Assembly: GCA_965153455.1 (NCBI GenBank)
Contig: OZ234493.1
Location: 27,022,213-27,086,212 of the forward strand
Length of the DNA stretch: 64,000 nucleotides
Direction of reading: 5' to 3'
Source: Sphagnum compactum
Lineage: Eukaryota
The notes under the pieces were generated by a model. It did not search any database. It saw only the letters and a program-made list of their open reading frames with translations, and was not told the origin of the DNA. The translations under genes and the position numbers were made by a program. Below are positions 46,810-58,925 of this stretch, one piece after another. Every line of letters starts with the position of its first letter. The stretch's first letter is position 1.

Positions 46810-47525
46810 CCTTAAATTTTTCCTTGGCATTTACGGCTGAATCTTCTTGTGTTGTAGCGGCAATTTTTGATTTTTTGAAAAACTGTTTTGGAACTCAAGA
46901 TATCTTCCATTGTCCGTATTTGTGATTTTGAAAAACTGTTTGGAACTCTGGATGACTACTACAGCGATATTCTTGAGGTCCGAGGAGGTCGCGCTTCTTC
47001 TTCACTCTTGGAGGAGGTCGTCGCTTCACAAAGTAAGTGGGCAGTATGCACTGGCAATATTGCATCGTTGCTCGAGTTTACTACTATTTTCTAGTCGGAT
47101 CGGGTTTGTTGCATGTTTTTTTTCAAATCTGTATTGACATTGACTAAATTTTGAAAGCCATTCGCCGGCCGTTTTCTTGCCGTGTATCTTTTTTCTGGCA
47201 TCTATAGCTTTCTTCTTGTGTTGTAGAGGCAGTTTTTGGTTTTTGAAAAACAGTTTGGAACTCAGGATATTTATCTCGCATTGTTTGTATTTTTTTTGGA
47301 AAACAGTTTGGAACTCTGGATATTACAGCAATATTGTTGACGTTGGAGGAGCTTGAGCTTCTTCTTCAATCTTGAGCCTTCAGTTCACAAAGTAAGTGAT
47401 TATTCTGCACTGGCAATGTTGCATCGTTATACTTGAGTACTACTACCTATTTTCAAGTCGGATCGGGTTTGTTGCATGTTTTTTTCATCTGTATTCAAAT
47501 CTAAATTTGAAAGCTATTCGCCGGG
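46810..47525 (+). repeat. Tandem duplication, 2 x ~360 bp, in the probable 5' UTR region of the 4-TM gene
   Basis: cttcttgtgttgtag...tttggaactc...cacaaagtaagtg...gtcggatcgggtttgttgcatg...attcgccgg occurs twice. Confidence 0.85.
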
Positions 47526-48022
47526 AATAGTTTCCAGAAATATAGAAGGATATCGCGAAACATAGGGTCAAGAAACAACCCCGCAAGAAGATAATGTTTT
47601 GAAGTAATGTTCTCGTAAAGTTTATCTGTTCTTATAAAACTCTGATTGTCTCGAGAGGAAGTTGGATCTCGGAACAAAACTTTCTCGTCTTTTTTTTGGT
47701 TTAACAAACTTGTCAGCAGCAGTTTAGCAGAATGCTTCATGGATGGATGCTCGTGCTACTGTTAGTTTCTGAACGAGAAAAAGATAGTGGAAATGGTTTC
47801 AAGAACCCTCACAGCTGTAGATAAGATTGCAGCCAGTAGGCACCTCTGTACAATGGAGTTTGTTGATAGTTAATAAGAGATTCTTCTCGTTTTTCTTTGT
47901 GAAACACACAATACATGTGTTGCTAGACTTTGTCTGGATCAGTTTGTCATGTGTAACATTCACCTAACACAAACATCCTGCTTCCTCACACAGGTCTATG
48001 AAGTTGGAAGTCTGCAGGAATC

Positions 48023-48903
48023 ATGGCAGGGAGAACAATCAAAGGGCAAGTCGCGTTTGTATCAACTGGCCTTCTTTCTGTTTTGAACCTTCTGGCCACA
48101 ATTGGAGGCATTGCAGCCATCGTGGTGATTTGTGGACTTGAGCATGTACCGAGCAGGATGGGATGGCTTTTCATAATTGTGGGGGGTTTTACAGTGGGGT
48201 CAGGGTTGATAGGGCTTTGTACAAGCAACCGTCGAGGTTGTTTTACATGGCAAGCAGTTCTTCTGATGTTTGCACTCATTGGGCTGATTTCAGCTTCCCT
48301 GCTGATTTTCTTCAAGCCTACTCAAGTTCTGGCTAGGATGAATTCAAAGTATAGTGAATCCACAAGCTGGAAGATCATCAAGTTTCAGGCAGCAATTTTC
48401 TTCACTGTGTTCTGCATTGATGTGAGTGCCATCACACATTATATTTCTCAGTGAGGAGTGGTTGCAATTCCCCGTTGGGGTCTCCTTCCCCATTGGTGCT
48501 GCAACCCAAATGCCTTTGCTGTCATGAATGTGTGGGTATCAAGGTGCTGACATGTGATCTGGAGTGTTGTGGGTTTGTGATCTAAATCTATGTTGTTAGA
48601 TTCTCATTGCCTGAATATTTAAGCTGATGAAACTTGATGAAATGTTTTATTTTTTTCCAGGTGATTGTCCTCATCCTTGGTACCTGTGTGAACTGCTGTG
48701 ACTTGGTTGATTACTATGAGGACCTTGAAATGACAAACCGGAAGAGAGCTGACCTGGGACGCACACAAGCTGAGTCAGGTCAACGGGCATCAAAGCGAGA
48801 AGATACAAAAGCATCTCAGCTGGCACAAAAAATGAAAGACAAGTATGGGAAATGGACTAATGATGTTGAAAGTAAGAAGAACAGGAGGGCCACACTTGGC
48901 TAG
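48023..48903 (+). CDS. Four-transmembrane (tetraspanin-like) protein, 213 aa; exons 48023-48421, 48661-48903
   Basis: Four hydrophobic segments; phase-0 GTGAGT...TTCCAG intron joining FCID to VIVLIL; charged helical tail ending KMKDKYGKW; upstream acceptor cacacag at ~47993. Confidence 0.85.
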
Positions 48904-50377
48904 ACCACACCAAACGAAAAGTCCGGCTGTGAACTCAAGATAGTCTGGCAAGTAAATCACTTTCCAATGGAGACTGTGGAGACATCAGCCTCCAGTCTAT
49001 TGCCAGACCACCAGCTCTGGTGCAAGGTTCATAGGTATTGTATTCAAACACCAAAAGTTCTGCATGATTCACATACATTGTGGGTTTATAGGGAAAAGAG
49101 GGCTTAATGTGGCTGGGCAGTATTGAAGGTCACGAGGTATGTGTCCTAAACTTACACAGGATATGCTGTGGTAGGAACAATATCCTCTATGCATTTTTGA
49201 GTTTGCACTGCGAGAAAACCCCATGTGTCTATCTCCCTTATGTGTTTTAACTGGCTGTATAAAGACCAAATAGAGTCTCTACATCTCTGTGTAAGCCTTC
49301 ATCTTTAAGATAATGGAATGGCTAGCAATAGATTCAAAAAACCTTAACACTAAGATTGTTGATGAAGTCTTCTCAGTTGGAATATCAGGTATTAACCTAT
49401 GCCTGAAATGAAATTTCAATATTTGAGCTTCTGTTTAGTTTTAGAGGTTCTTCATGCTTTATTTCTTTGAAGAGTCATTAAGGAAACAAATGGTGAGACT
49501 AATCATGCTTCTGAAGAAACAAGGTTACTCTTCAAGTTTTTTCCTTGAAGTAAACAAGAGTTTTGTTTTTAGAAAATTCTGTTTGGTGTTTTGGCAATTG
49601 GATTCTCTAAAGGGATTATTTGAAGTGGAGCTTCGCAAGTGGGAAGCCCATATTTTCATCAAGAGATCATGCTCTTAAAGTAACTTCCCTCCTGTTTTCA
49701 TGTTTTGTTCATTTTCTTTTTCTTTTCCTTTTGTGTGTTTCTTCCTTCTTCTCCACCTTAGTTTTTTCTCTCTCTTTGCTTCTGCTTTGTGTTTTAGGTT
49801 TTGTTGCCCTGATCAACATCATGACTGAGTCTTCCTGTTATTGACAGTGTTTTGACAGAAACTGGATACTCTATTGTCAATGTGCTAGGAGTGAGCATGG
49901 GGTCATTACTAGCAAAATTCTAGAAGAAACATATCTATTGTATTTGGAGGACACCTCATCAAGCAGAATTTCTGCTTGGCAAAGGGTGGGTGTTTTGAGA
50001 AAACAAAATGCCCACACCTCTGCGCGGCACTTATTTTGGGAACACCCCACTCCTCGGGTGTTACAACACACTCATTTTCAGACTGCTCCCACCCAAAGTG
50101 CCATACCCTAAGTGCCATACCCTATCGCTTACTTTTAAGCCATCAGATGGGGGGTACTGGGACATCAAGTAGGTACTTCAAAAGATTGTCAGATTTGGAT
50201 TTCCTGACTCTTATGTATATACCTCTTGCAGATTTTGGGACCTTCAACAAACTCAGTCAATGTTTTTCTCTCCAAATTGCTCACCTAAATTGTAAGAACT
50301 AGATGTGTGTCAAACACAAAAGATCAACAGCAAGAGGACAAATTCTAGCATGTTCAAAAGTTGATACAAGACCATTA

Positions 50378-50803
50378 TGGTGCATTCACACTTGATGTTA
50401 AATGGGTAGTGTTAAATGAAAATCTAGGTGGCATCCTAGGTGGCTTGCAATGTTAAATAGGTGATAGCTTAATGTTAAGTGAATGTTAGCTTAGCATAAA
50501 ACTTTCATGGTAACTATGTTTAAGTTCTAAATGACTTAAAAGTGCATTCACACTTGGTGTTAAGGAGACTAGAATTAAGTAAGTCCCTTAACACCAAGTT
50601 AGTCATTTAGGACTTTAATCTATTTACCATGAATTTTTTAATGTTAAGTTAACATTCACTTAATATTAAACAATTACCCATTCAATGTTGGCTGCCACCT
50701 AGAGTTTCACTTAACACTGACTTAACATTAGATGTGAACGCACCTTAACATGATGTTAGGGGACTCAACACTAGAGTCCCTAACACCAAGTGTGAATGCA
50801 CCT
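50378..50803 (+). mobile_element. Tourist/PIF-Harbinger-like MITE (outer copy) containing a nested copy
   Basis: TIRs GGTGCATTCACACTTG...CAAGTGTGAATGCACC with TTA/TAT flanks; removing 50540-50748 restores colinearity with the intact copy at 62580-62793. Confidence 0.88.
50540..50745 (-). mobile_element. Inner inverted MITE copy of the same family, TAA target-site duplication
   Basis: TAA|AAGTGCATTCACACTTGG...GATGTGAACGCACCT|TAA; internal sequence is the reverse complement of the outer copy. Confidence 0.85.
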
Positions 50804-52759
50804 TATGACACGTTTATATGTGTTTCTTTGGGTTTATAATATATGAGATGTGTATACAATTCTCAGTTTTTGAAATTTATTTGGCAAGTCTTGAACAAAT
50901 CCTTTACTTGGAATGGTGGGATGGATTCATAGGTTAGTAGGCATTTTATTTGCCAAAGAAGAGCAACTGGGTTTGGTTGGTTGCTCTTGAAATTTAAGAA
51001 GTCAATTGGAGAACTCCTTCAGAGTGAGATCAGAAGTCACTTGAATGTAAAAAGAGGGGGTAGTTGGAGGATATATATGGATATCTATATATATATATAT
51101 ATATATACCTTGGGTGAAGTTTTGGGAAGAGTGAGAGAACACATTGGGAACAAACCAAATCCACAAAAGTCCCCCTCCCCACCACCCACTCCCCCTCAAA
51201 ACCCAAAAGAAGAAAAAAAAACTAAGTCTCCCCTGAGTGCATGTTGAGCCTTCTCATTGGCTGCATGAAATTTTTATTTCCAAAAAACTGAGGGTTCTTA
51301 TTGGTGTTTCTATTGATTACATGAGATGCCTCCAAAGTTTTATTATTATTATTATCTTTGGGTGCAATAACCCATTTTGATTGGCCCATCACAAAAAGGA
51401 AAAAAAAAAAAAAAAAAAACTGAAACGATGAAAGCTCCCCCAAAATAGAAGATGTAGTGCCTTCCCATTAGCCCACCTTATGTGGGTGAGGAGGGGAGAA
51501 GTTTGAACAAATCATGAGGGAAAAAAATGTGTTGCTATTGGGAACACATTGAGAACCTTGAGGGACATCATTGGGAAAATGGTAGAAACACAACAAAAAA
51601 ATAAAATAAAATATATCCCCCCTCCCTTCATGAGATGAGGTGCCTCTCAAGTTCAAGTTTTTCTTTTGTTGTAACGAGCCAATTTGATTGGCCTATCACT
51701 CCAAAAAAATAAATGAAACTTATGGAGGCTCAACGAGGAGGACAACATAAACAAAACAATTGTTTTGCAATTATGTTGATGTTAGTGTTTTTGACTCTTT
51801 CAAGTTTTGTGAATCCGTACATTAGCAAGCGCAGAAAAAACAAAACACATGTCTAAAACATATGTGCGAATGATGTGCGAATGAGGTCGACATGCAAAAC
51901 AGCAGGCTTGTTGTTGTTACGCTGTGAGTTGATGATGTTGAAAAAACTCCGCGGATAGCCGCATAACCATACTCATGTCTTTACCCTATTTGACGATTAT
52001 AGATGAGCCACAACACGAAAACATTGACTACAACACCACACCCAAAAAACAAAAGCATGGGAAAAATATAAAGAAAGAAAGATGATGATAGAAGAATCTG
52101 AAATGACACTTGAGAAGAAGAAGAAGAAGAAAATGGAAAAGACTTAAAAAATGGATTGGCTTCCAAAAATAGTGTTATCATGTGCATCAAGAAGGAAGAT
52201 GATGATTAATGATGAGACAAGTGATTATAAACAAAAATGGGAGAATTTGGAAGTAGTGTTATTTTTGTCAATTTTGTGATTTAGCCAAAGTGATGATGAT
52301 GATGATTCATAGGAAGAAGATTTAGCCAAATTTGGTTACAAGTTACATATGAACATTGAAATTTTAAAACACCTTTTTTTTGGCTACCTATTTGAACCAT
52401 GTATAAAAATCTGGCAAATTTTCTTAAATTTGAGTCAAATTCTGTCTATTGAAAATCTCAAAAAGCACTTGGTTTTGAGCACTTTTTAAGTTTGGTATAG
52501 CTTTTTTGGCGAGCAATAAAAAAAAAGCTGCTTGGAAGGGAGGAAGAGTTGTAATGTAAAAAAAAGAAACTCAACAGAAGATGATGATGATGATAGAAGG
52601 AAAAAAAAAAAGTCTGAGAATCCAGCGATCCCATTGGCCTGAAAACAAAAGAAAAAAAATCTTTGGACCTACTCACAACCCTATTTTGGTGAACATTGAA
52701 AATAATGATCCCTTTCTACCGTGTTCATTAGTCCTCTAAAATTCTCACAAAACCTACCA

Positions 52760-52935
52760 AACCCTATTACACATTTAAAACTAAACACACCCTAAACCCT
52801 AAAACCTTATTTACACATTGAACTGAACACACCCTAAACCCTAAAACCCTATTACATATTTAACTAAACACACCCTAAACCCTAAAACCTTGAAACACAT
52901 TTAACTAAACACACCCTAAACCCTATTACACATTT
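52760..52935. repeat. ~41-bp tandem repeat (~4.5 units) containing telobox AAACCCTA motifs
   Basis: acacatttaactaaacacaccctaaaccctaaaaccct; anchors at 52785, 52827, 52868, 52909. Confidence 0.85.
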
Positions 52936-54147
52936 ATTATGATGCATCATGCGAGTAGAGAAAATTGTGATAAAAATTTGGATTTAAAAAAAATATTTTT
53001 CGGCCTTGCCTACCAAGACAAGGATATTATTTTTGTGTTTAGATTCATTATAGAGTATAGCAGCTTAAGGGATTTTGGCCCCTAAGTACATACATAATAG
53101 GTCTATTTTATTTATTTTTAATATCAGGATTTTTGAAAGATGATATTTTGGGTTGTGTTGGAAACTTGAGATATTAGTTATAGGGTTAAAAGTAATAATA
53201 TCTTGAAGGATTTTGGTTTTATTTTAGAGGAGGATTTTTTTGAAGACTATATTTTTGCATGGTGAAATATTTGAGTTTCTTCTTAGGGTTTCTTCATAGG
53301 GTTTCTTCTTCTTGCCTTAAGATACTTTTTTTAATGTAAATGGTGTATACATGTTGATAGTTCAAGAGATGTGAAAAAACTCAGGCCACAAAGTAAATGT
53401 GATATCCATTGTTTTATGTACATTGGGTGTGTTTCATATGTAGCAACAAGAGCAGTTTCTGCAAAAGGAGAAGAAGAAGAGAACGTGTCACGAAGAAATT
53501 CGCCAGAAGATGGAGACAAAGGGAAAGGCTTACAAGTAGTTGCAGACTGTACTAGTAGTAGTAGGAGTAGTAGGAGTCTGTGCAAGGATTGGTGCATGTG
53601 TTGTTTGTGTGTGTCACCAAGTCTGTGAAGCTCCTAGCTCTGGACACACCCACCACCCCAAAAACCCATCTCATCTTCATGCTTTTAATGCTCACAAGAA
53701 GTATATATATACACATAGTAGTAGTTTTTTTAGTTGCAATCTCTCTCTCTCTTTTTAGATTGATTGCCTTCCTTGCTTGCCTTCTTGTAATTAGAGCTAG
53801 AGCATGACAGCTGAACACACAGCTTATGTACTTCAGGGTGGTAAGCTGGTCCACCCACAGTAATAGATCACCATCTTCATCAGCAAAAAGCTAGCTAGCT
53901 TGTAGAATCCTGTTGTTGTATGGTAGAATGTTGTTGTTGTGGTTGTTAAGAATTGATGGAGCTTTTGAGTGATGAGCTTTTTGTTTTTAAGGGTGAGAAA
54001 TTGGAGGTTTAGAGTTTGAGACCTTTTTTTTTTCTTTGTTTTTTTTGGTGTGTGCTGGTTGAAGATTCTCAAGTTTGTGTGCTCTCCCTCCCCAAACTAA
54101 GAAAAAGGAAAAGAAGAAGAAACAAGAAACAAAAGCAAAATAAAAAC

Positions 54148-56328
54148 ATGTGGGGTGTCAGTGCTATCATCGTCTGCCTTCTTTTTTTGTGTTCAGTCTT
54201 GGTCACAGAACAGCGGAGTCTCCTCCTCGGAGCATATGATGATCATCATGATGGTATCAGAAGAGAAGCTGCAGTAGTAGATCCGGAAGATGATCAACAA
54301 ATTGTGAAGCGGGAGTCTGGCAGCATTTGGCCATGGAGTTCGGGTGATTTCCAGCATCTTTCTGGAGATGCACAACGTGACAAGACTTGGGTTCTTCCGG
54401 AAATTGGCAGCGCTGGTGTTGCGGATCCTGTTCCTGAAGGAGAAGAAGAACCTCCGGCTCTTCCGGATGATGAGCCTCCTCCTCCTCCTCCATCCGATCC
54501 CCCTCCTTCTCCTCCCCCTACGCCTTCTCCATCTCCTCCACCTCCTTCTCCATCACCTCCACCACCATCTCCTCCTCCTCCCCCTCCCTTCCCATCACCA
54601 CCTCCACCATCTTCTCCTCCTCCCTCTCCATCACCACCTCCACCATCCCCTTCTCCACCTCCTCCTTCTCCATCACCACCTCCACCATCCCCTTCTCCAC
54701 CTCCTCCTTCTCCATCACCACCTCCACCATCTCCTTCTCCACCTCCTCCCTCTCCACCTCCACCATCACCTTCTCCTCCTCCACCATCTCCTCCACCTCC
54801 TCCTCCTTCCCCGCCTCCTCCTCCTCCACCTCTGATCACACTGAGCAATCTGGTAGTGTCTGGGAAGGGGGCGGTGCTGATTCCCCCTTTCGATTCACAT
54901 ATCTTCTCTTACCGCACATCCGTAGCAGCTTCTGTTTCTGCTGTCCGCATCACTGCCTATGTGCTTCCTGATGTGAAGGTAATGGCCATTTGCTCATCCT
55001 CATCGTTGCAGTTTTTGCTCCGTTGGTTTTCTTGGGCCGTAAGCATGACCCATCATCTGTTGAAGAACAAATCTTCTGTCTCCATGGGATACTTGTCTGT
55101 TTTCTTAATAGAATCCAGAGCTCTGTCTCACATGTTTTGCAATTCAACAAAGAAGGTTCATGATTCTTTGAAGAATTGGCTTTTGGGTTTATACAACCAG
55201 GAATTCCAGAGCTTTGTCTGACATGGTTTGTGATTCTCCAAAGAGGCTCATGATTCTTTGAAGAATTGGGTTATCATTTTTTACAACCAGGAATTCCAGA
55301 GATCTGTCTTACATGTTTGCAATTCCTCAAGAGGCAAGCAAGTCTAGGAAGAATTGGGTTTCATTTGACAACCAGGAATTCAGAACTCTTTCTGACATGT
55401 TTGCAAATTTCCAAACGAGGTTCATGATTCTTTCAAGAATTGGGTTTGATTTTGCAACTAGGAATTTCAGAGCTCTGTGCCCGACATTTTTGTAAATTCT
55501 CCCAAGAAGTGATAATTCTTCAACGGAGATTGATTGATTTCATCTACAACGAAGGTGGCTGTTATTGCTGCTGCTGCTGTGGCAGATTTGTCTGCAACTA
55601 TTTTTTCACATCAAACTGTGATACGGGATTGGCATGGGTGCAGGACTATGAAATCAAGGTCAATTCGACCACACTCAAAAGTGGAGAAGAAAGTCCCCCC
55701 TTGGAAGTTGGAGCAAACAAAGAAAAGGTGGTGTTTGAAATCGATGTATCAGCAGCTGGACACAGACCTTCCATCTACTTCCTCTCTGTCTACCACGGTG
55801 AGAGATTCTCTTTCCATCCTTACTATCTGTATTTCTCTTCTTTTCTCTTCTCTTCTCTTCCTGCAAAAGAGTTCCAAATTTCCAAAAGTTCATGCAATCT
55901 CAAAGCTGCTGTTGTAGCTCTAACAGGATACTCTGAGGTAGAGGTGTGTACTGCAGTCTGTCAAGTGTGCCCATGCCCTGCAACAAATAGCAGATGTATA
56001 TTATGAAGATGGATGTGCTAGAGCGCCTCATGAGTGCATATGCTTTTTTGCTGATGTGAAATCACTATTTTTTGCAGAGAAGTCATGGACTTGGTGGAAA
56101 GTTCTCAAGTGGATTCTCATTGTGCTTTTAGTGATTTTGGTGCTGGGGGGAGTAATCTATTTCTGCTTTATCTATCACCGACAACGTACACAAGCTCTTG
56201 GGGAGTCTGAAAGAACTCAATGGTGGTGGCGATTGTGGCCATTTGGCTATTCTGCTCCAAGACAACAGGCTGACACATCACCAGATCCTTCGCCTCTTTT
56301 GGCGGACACATCTTCTTCTCAGTCTTGA
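54148..56328 (+). CDS. Type-I membrane protein: signal peptide, (SPSPPPP)n extensin-like stalk, cadherin-like beta-sandwich, TM, short cytosolic tail; 411 aa; exons 54148-54978, 55644-55797, 56078-56328
   Basis: Hydrophobic N-terminus MWGVSAIIVCLLFLCSVLV; frame-preserving GT-AG joins (PDVK|DYEIK, SVYH-E|KSW); LSNLVVSG..LIPPFDSHIFSYRTSV..SVSAVRITA..IKVNSTTLKSG..PLEVG..FEIDVSA..YFLSV matches the PF12733 pattern by eye; TM WILIVLLVILVLGGVIYFCFIY. Confidence 0.85.
55105..55520. repeat. Intronic tandem repeat, ~5 x 85-90 bp
   Basis: gaattccagagct...acatg...ttcatgattctttgaagaattgg...acaaccag anchors at ~55111, 55201, 55291, 55376, 55462. Confidence 0.85.
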
Positions 56329-58111
56329 AATTCCTTCACTTCTCCACACACCCCTTTTCTGATCCTGTGGATTTATAAGTCTAATGACCACTGACAACAG
56401 AGTTCAAAGGGATTTTACAGACATCTGAACTGAGTTTTGTCCTTTTCTGTTTCTGTTGGTAGTGATAGATTTGATTGTGGAAACAATTGTACAAAACTTG
56501 ACTTTGAAGCTTTCAGTGAAAAATAAACAAACAGCAGTATGAGGAATGTGCCAAATCTGTGTTTGTTAGTATATTAGTTGGATGTTGCAAGGTTGGAATT
56601 GTAATATAGAAACATTAGGGTTTTTGGACCCTCCGTAAAACCAGAGAATCATGTGTTAAAAGCCTGTAATTCTTGTTATAAGCTCCTTGCAATTTGCAAC
56701 TCTGGCACATGGGCGACATGCAAAGGACATGCAACCCATGCAAAACACGATTGCAACATGTAAAAATTCTAGTGCACTAAAACAACACGAAAAAACAATC
56801 CAAGGAACCCATTTGAACAATCTCATTGTTCACACCCCTAGGCATAAAGTGTATTTCATAGATGCTTTACATTTGTGTATATTTTCTACATTAATATTAT
56901 AAACTCATCTTGCAAGAATAGGTTCACCCTAAACAATATCATTCAAATCTGATAGTCCTGCCTTCATTGTAGATTATTTGTTACTGTTGTCATCTAGGTC
57001 CACAGGCAATTACATTGGTACTGGGCTCGCTTCTAACCATTTCACATAGTGCAGAGTCAAAGGACATCCAATTTGGCTGTTCTCGAGAACACCAAAACTG
57101 ATGGCAAAGTCCCCCTTCACAAGATAGGCTATACCCAACGAAGAGTCAACCATACAAGACATGGGACCCTTTTCAGAAGTGCATTGGGGATTTTGCATTG
57201 TTTGCTAGACAAGATAATCTAATGATTGTAGTGGCTATGGACTTCAACTTGGGTGTAGAAGAGGAGCTTGTCCAGGTTTTGGTTCCATCACATAGGTTCC
57301 TATCACTTTGTTCCGTGATGGACTGCATTAACACTGAGTTAAGCTCTTCCCTAACAACTTCCAGTTTACAAGGAAATTCCCAAGGTGCAACAAAAAACAT
57401 GGGCTTGCAGACCAAAATCTTCACATAGATGCATGTGACAAGCAACAATAGATATGTGAGAAGTGCATTTGGCGTTCTTGTAATCCAAAAAGTTCTAGCT
57501 CATCTGGTGGGGTGATGATCATCACATGATTGTCATCGGTAAAAGATAACACAATTACAAAACACAGAGAATTATTGCAGCAGCATGTGCACTCTCACTA
57601 CTACCCATCTGCCACCACACTATTTACTTACTTATACCTAAGGACGTGGACACAGCAATTCTGCAAGCAAACCCACAACCCGTCTTGCACCCAATGTGAT
57701 ATTGTGTGCATCACCTGTTGTTGCATCTGTAGGTGGAATTGGGTGCCACTTATTTGGAATAATTCTCTCTCTCTCTTTCTCTACTGCAACAACAGGTTCC
57801 TTGCATCACAAACTAATTAATTCTCTCTTTTTCTATACAACAACTTTCTTCCTGCGCTCACTTCTGGATGACACCAGAGATCTGAGTTTAGTACAAAATT
57901 TCCATTGAAGCGCCCAAATGGGTTTTTGCAAATGTGATTATTCTAACTGCAACATCTTGAGACTCGTCATCATTGTTGCTGAACTGATCAATGATACTAA
58001 AAAACACTCCAAAAGACAGAGCCTTTTATCGGAATCATGAAATCACAGAGGAAAACAACATGCGGGTTTGACAAAGGTGCAAACAGGGCTCGGAGTTTAG
58101 ATGTTTTTGGA

Positions 58112-58375
58112 CCGGTGTGGGGTGGTTATTAGAAACAGGAACAGACCCCCAGCAATTATCAGGGAGGTTCTTAGGATTCATAACCATGGTTCTAAAAAAT
58201 ACAAGACCGGGTTCTGGTATAGGTTCTGGACCTATAATCACGGTTCCCAGAAAATGTGAAGAAAATCAAATAACCGGCCAGAATACCACCAGTTCTTTCA
58301 TGAAAACCTGTAGGTTCCTGAAGGGTTTTGGAATAACCAGGATTGATGGTTCTTTGGTTCTGACTTTTTTTGCCA
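58112..58375. mobile_element. hAT-like element end with GGTTC-rich subterminal motifs
   Basis: Begins CCGGTGTGGGGTGGTT (degenerate CAGTGTTGGGYGGTT) and has many ggttc/aacc motifs, like 5465-5532 and 16210-16445. Confidence 0.4.
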
Positions 58376-58453
58376 AAGAGGTTCGGAAGGCGGGAGTAGG
58401 TTTATTCGAGGGAAGGATGGGTTTATAGGTAGCTATGCAGAGAGGGAGGGTAA

Positions 58454-58925
58454 GTTTGTAGCTACTAATGAAGTTTTCACACCAACAAACATCATTATGT
58501 TCAATATATATCTGTGCATAATTTAATGCTTGCTTGGTGATTCCTGTTGTGTGCTGCTAACCTTGTGATGTTTGTAGCTACTTAAAATGAAGTTTTCACA
58601 CCAACAAACATCATTTTGTTCAATATATATATCTGTGCATAATTTAATGCTTGCTTGGTGACTCCTGTTGTGTGCTGCTAAACTTGTGATGTTTGTAGCC
58701 ACTTATGAAGTTTTCGCACCAACAAACATCATTATGTCCAATATATATCTGTGCATAATTTAATGCTTGCTTGGTGATTCTTGTTGTGTGCTGCTAAGCT
58801 TGTGATGTTTGTAGCCACTTATGAAGTTTTCACACCAACAAACATCATTATGTCCAATATATATCTGTGCATAATTTAATGCGTGCTTGGTGATTCTTGT
58901 TGTGTGCTGCTAAACTTTTGATGTG
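58454..58925. repeat. Young tandem repeat, 4 x ~116 bp
   Basis: gtttgtagc anchors at 58454, 58570, 58691, 58807; units nearly identical. Confidence 0.93.

Noticed and set aside
54294-54848. Gly-rich, Leu/His-rich and Glu-rich ORFs overlapping the proline repeat
   Set aside because: Antisense and alternate-frame shadows of the (SPSPPPP)n coding repeat.
56950-57500. Short minus-strand ORFs that look coding-like
   Set aside because: Fragmented across frames with no recognisable motif or consistent splice structure; at most an unassignable relic.
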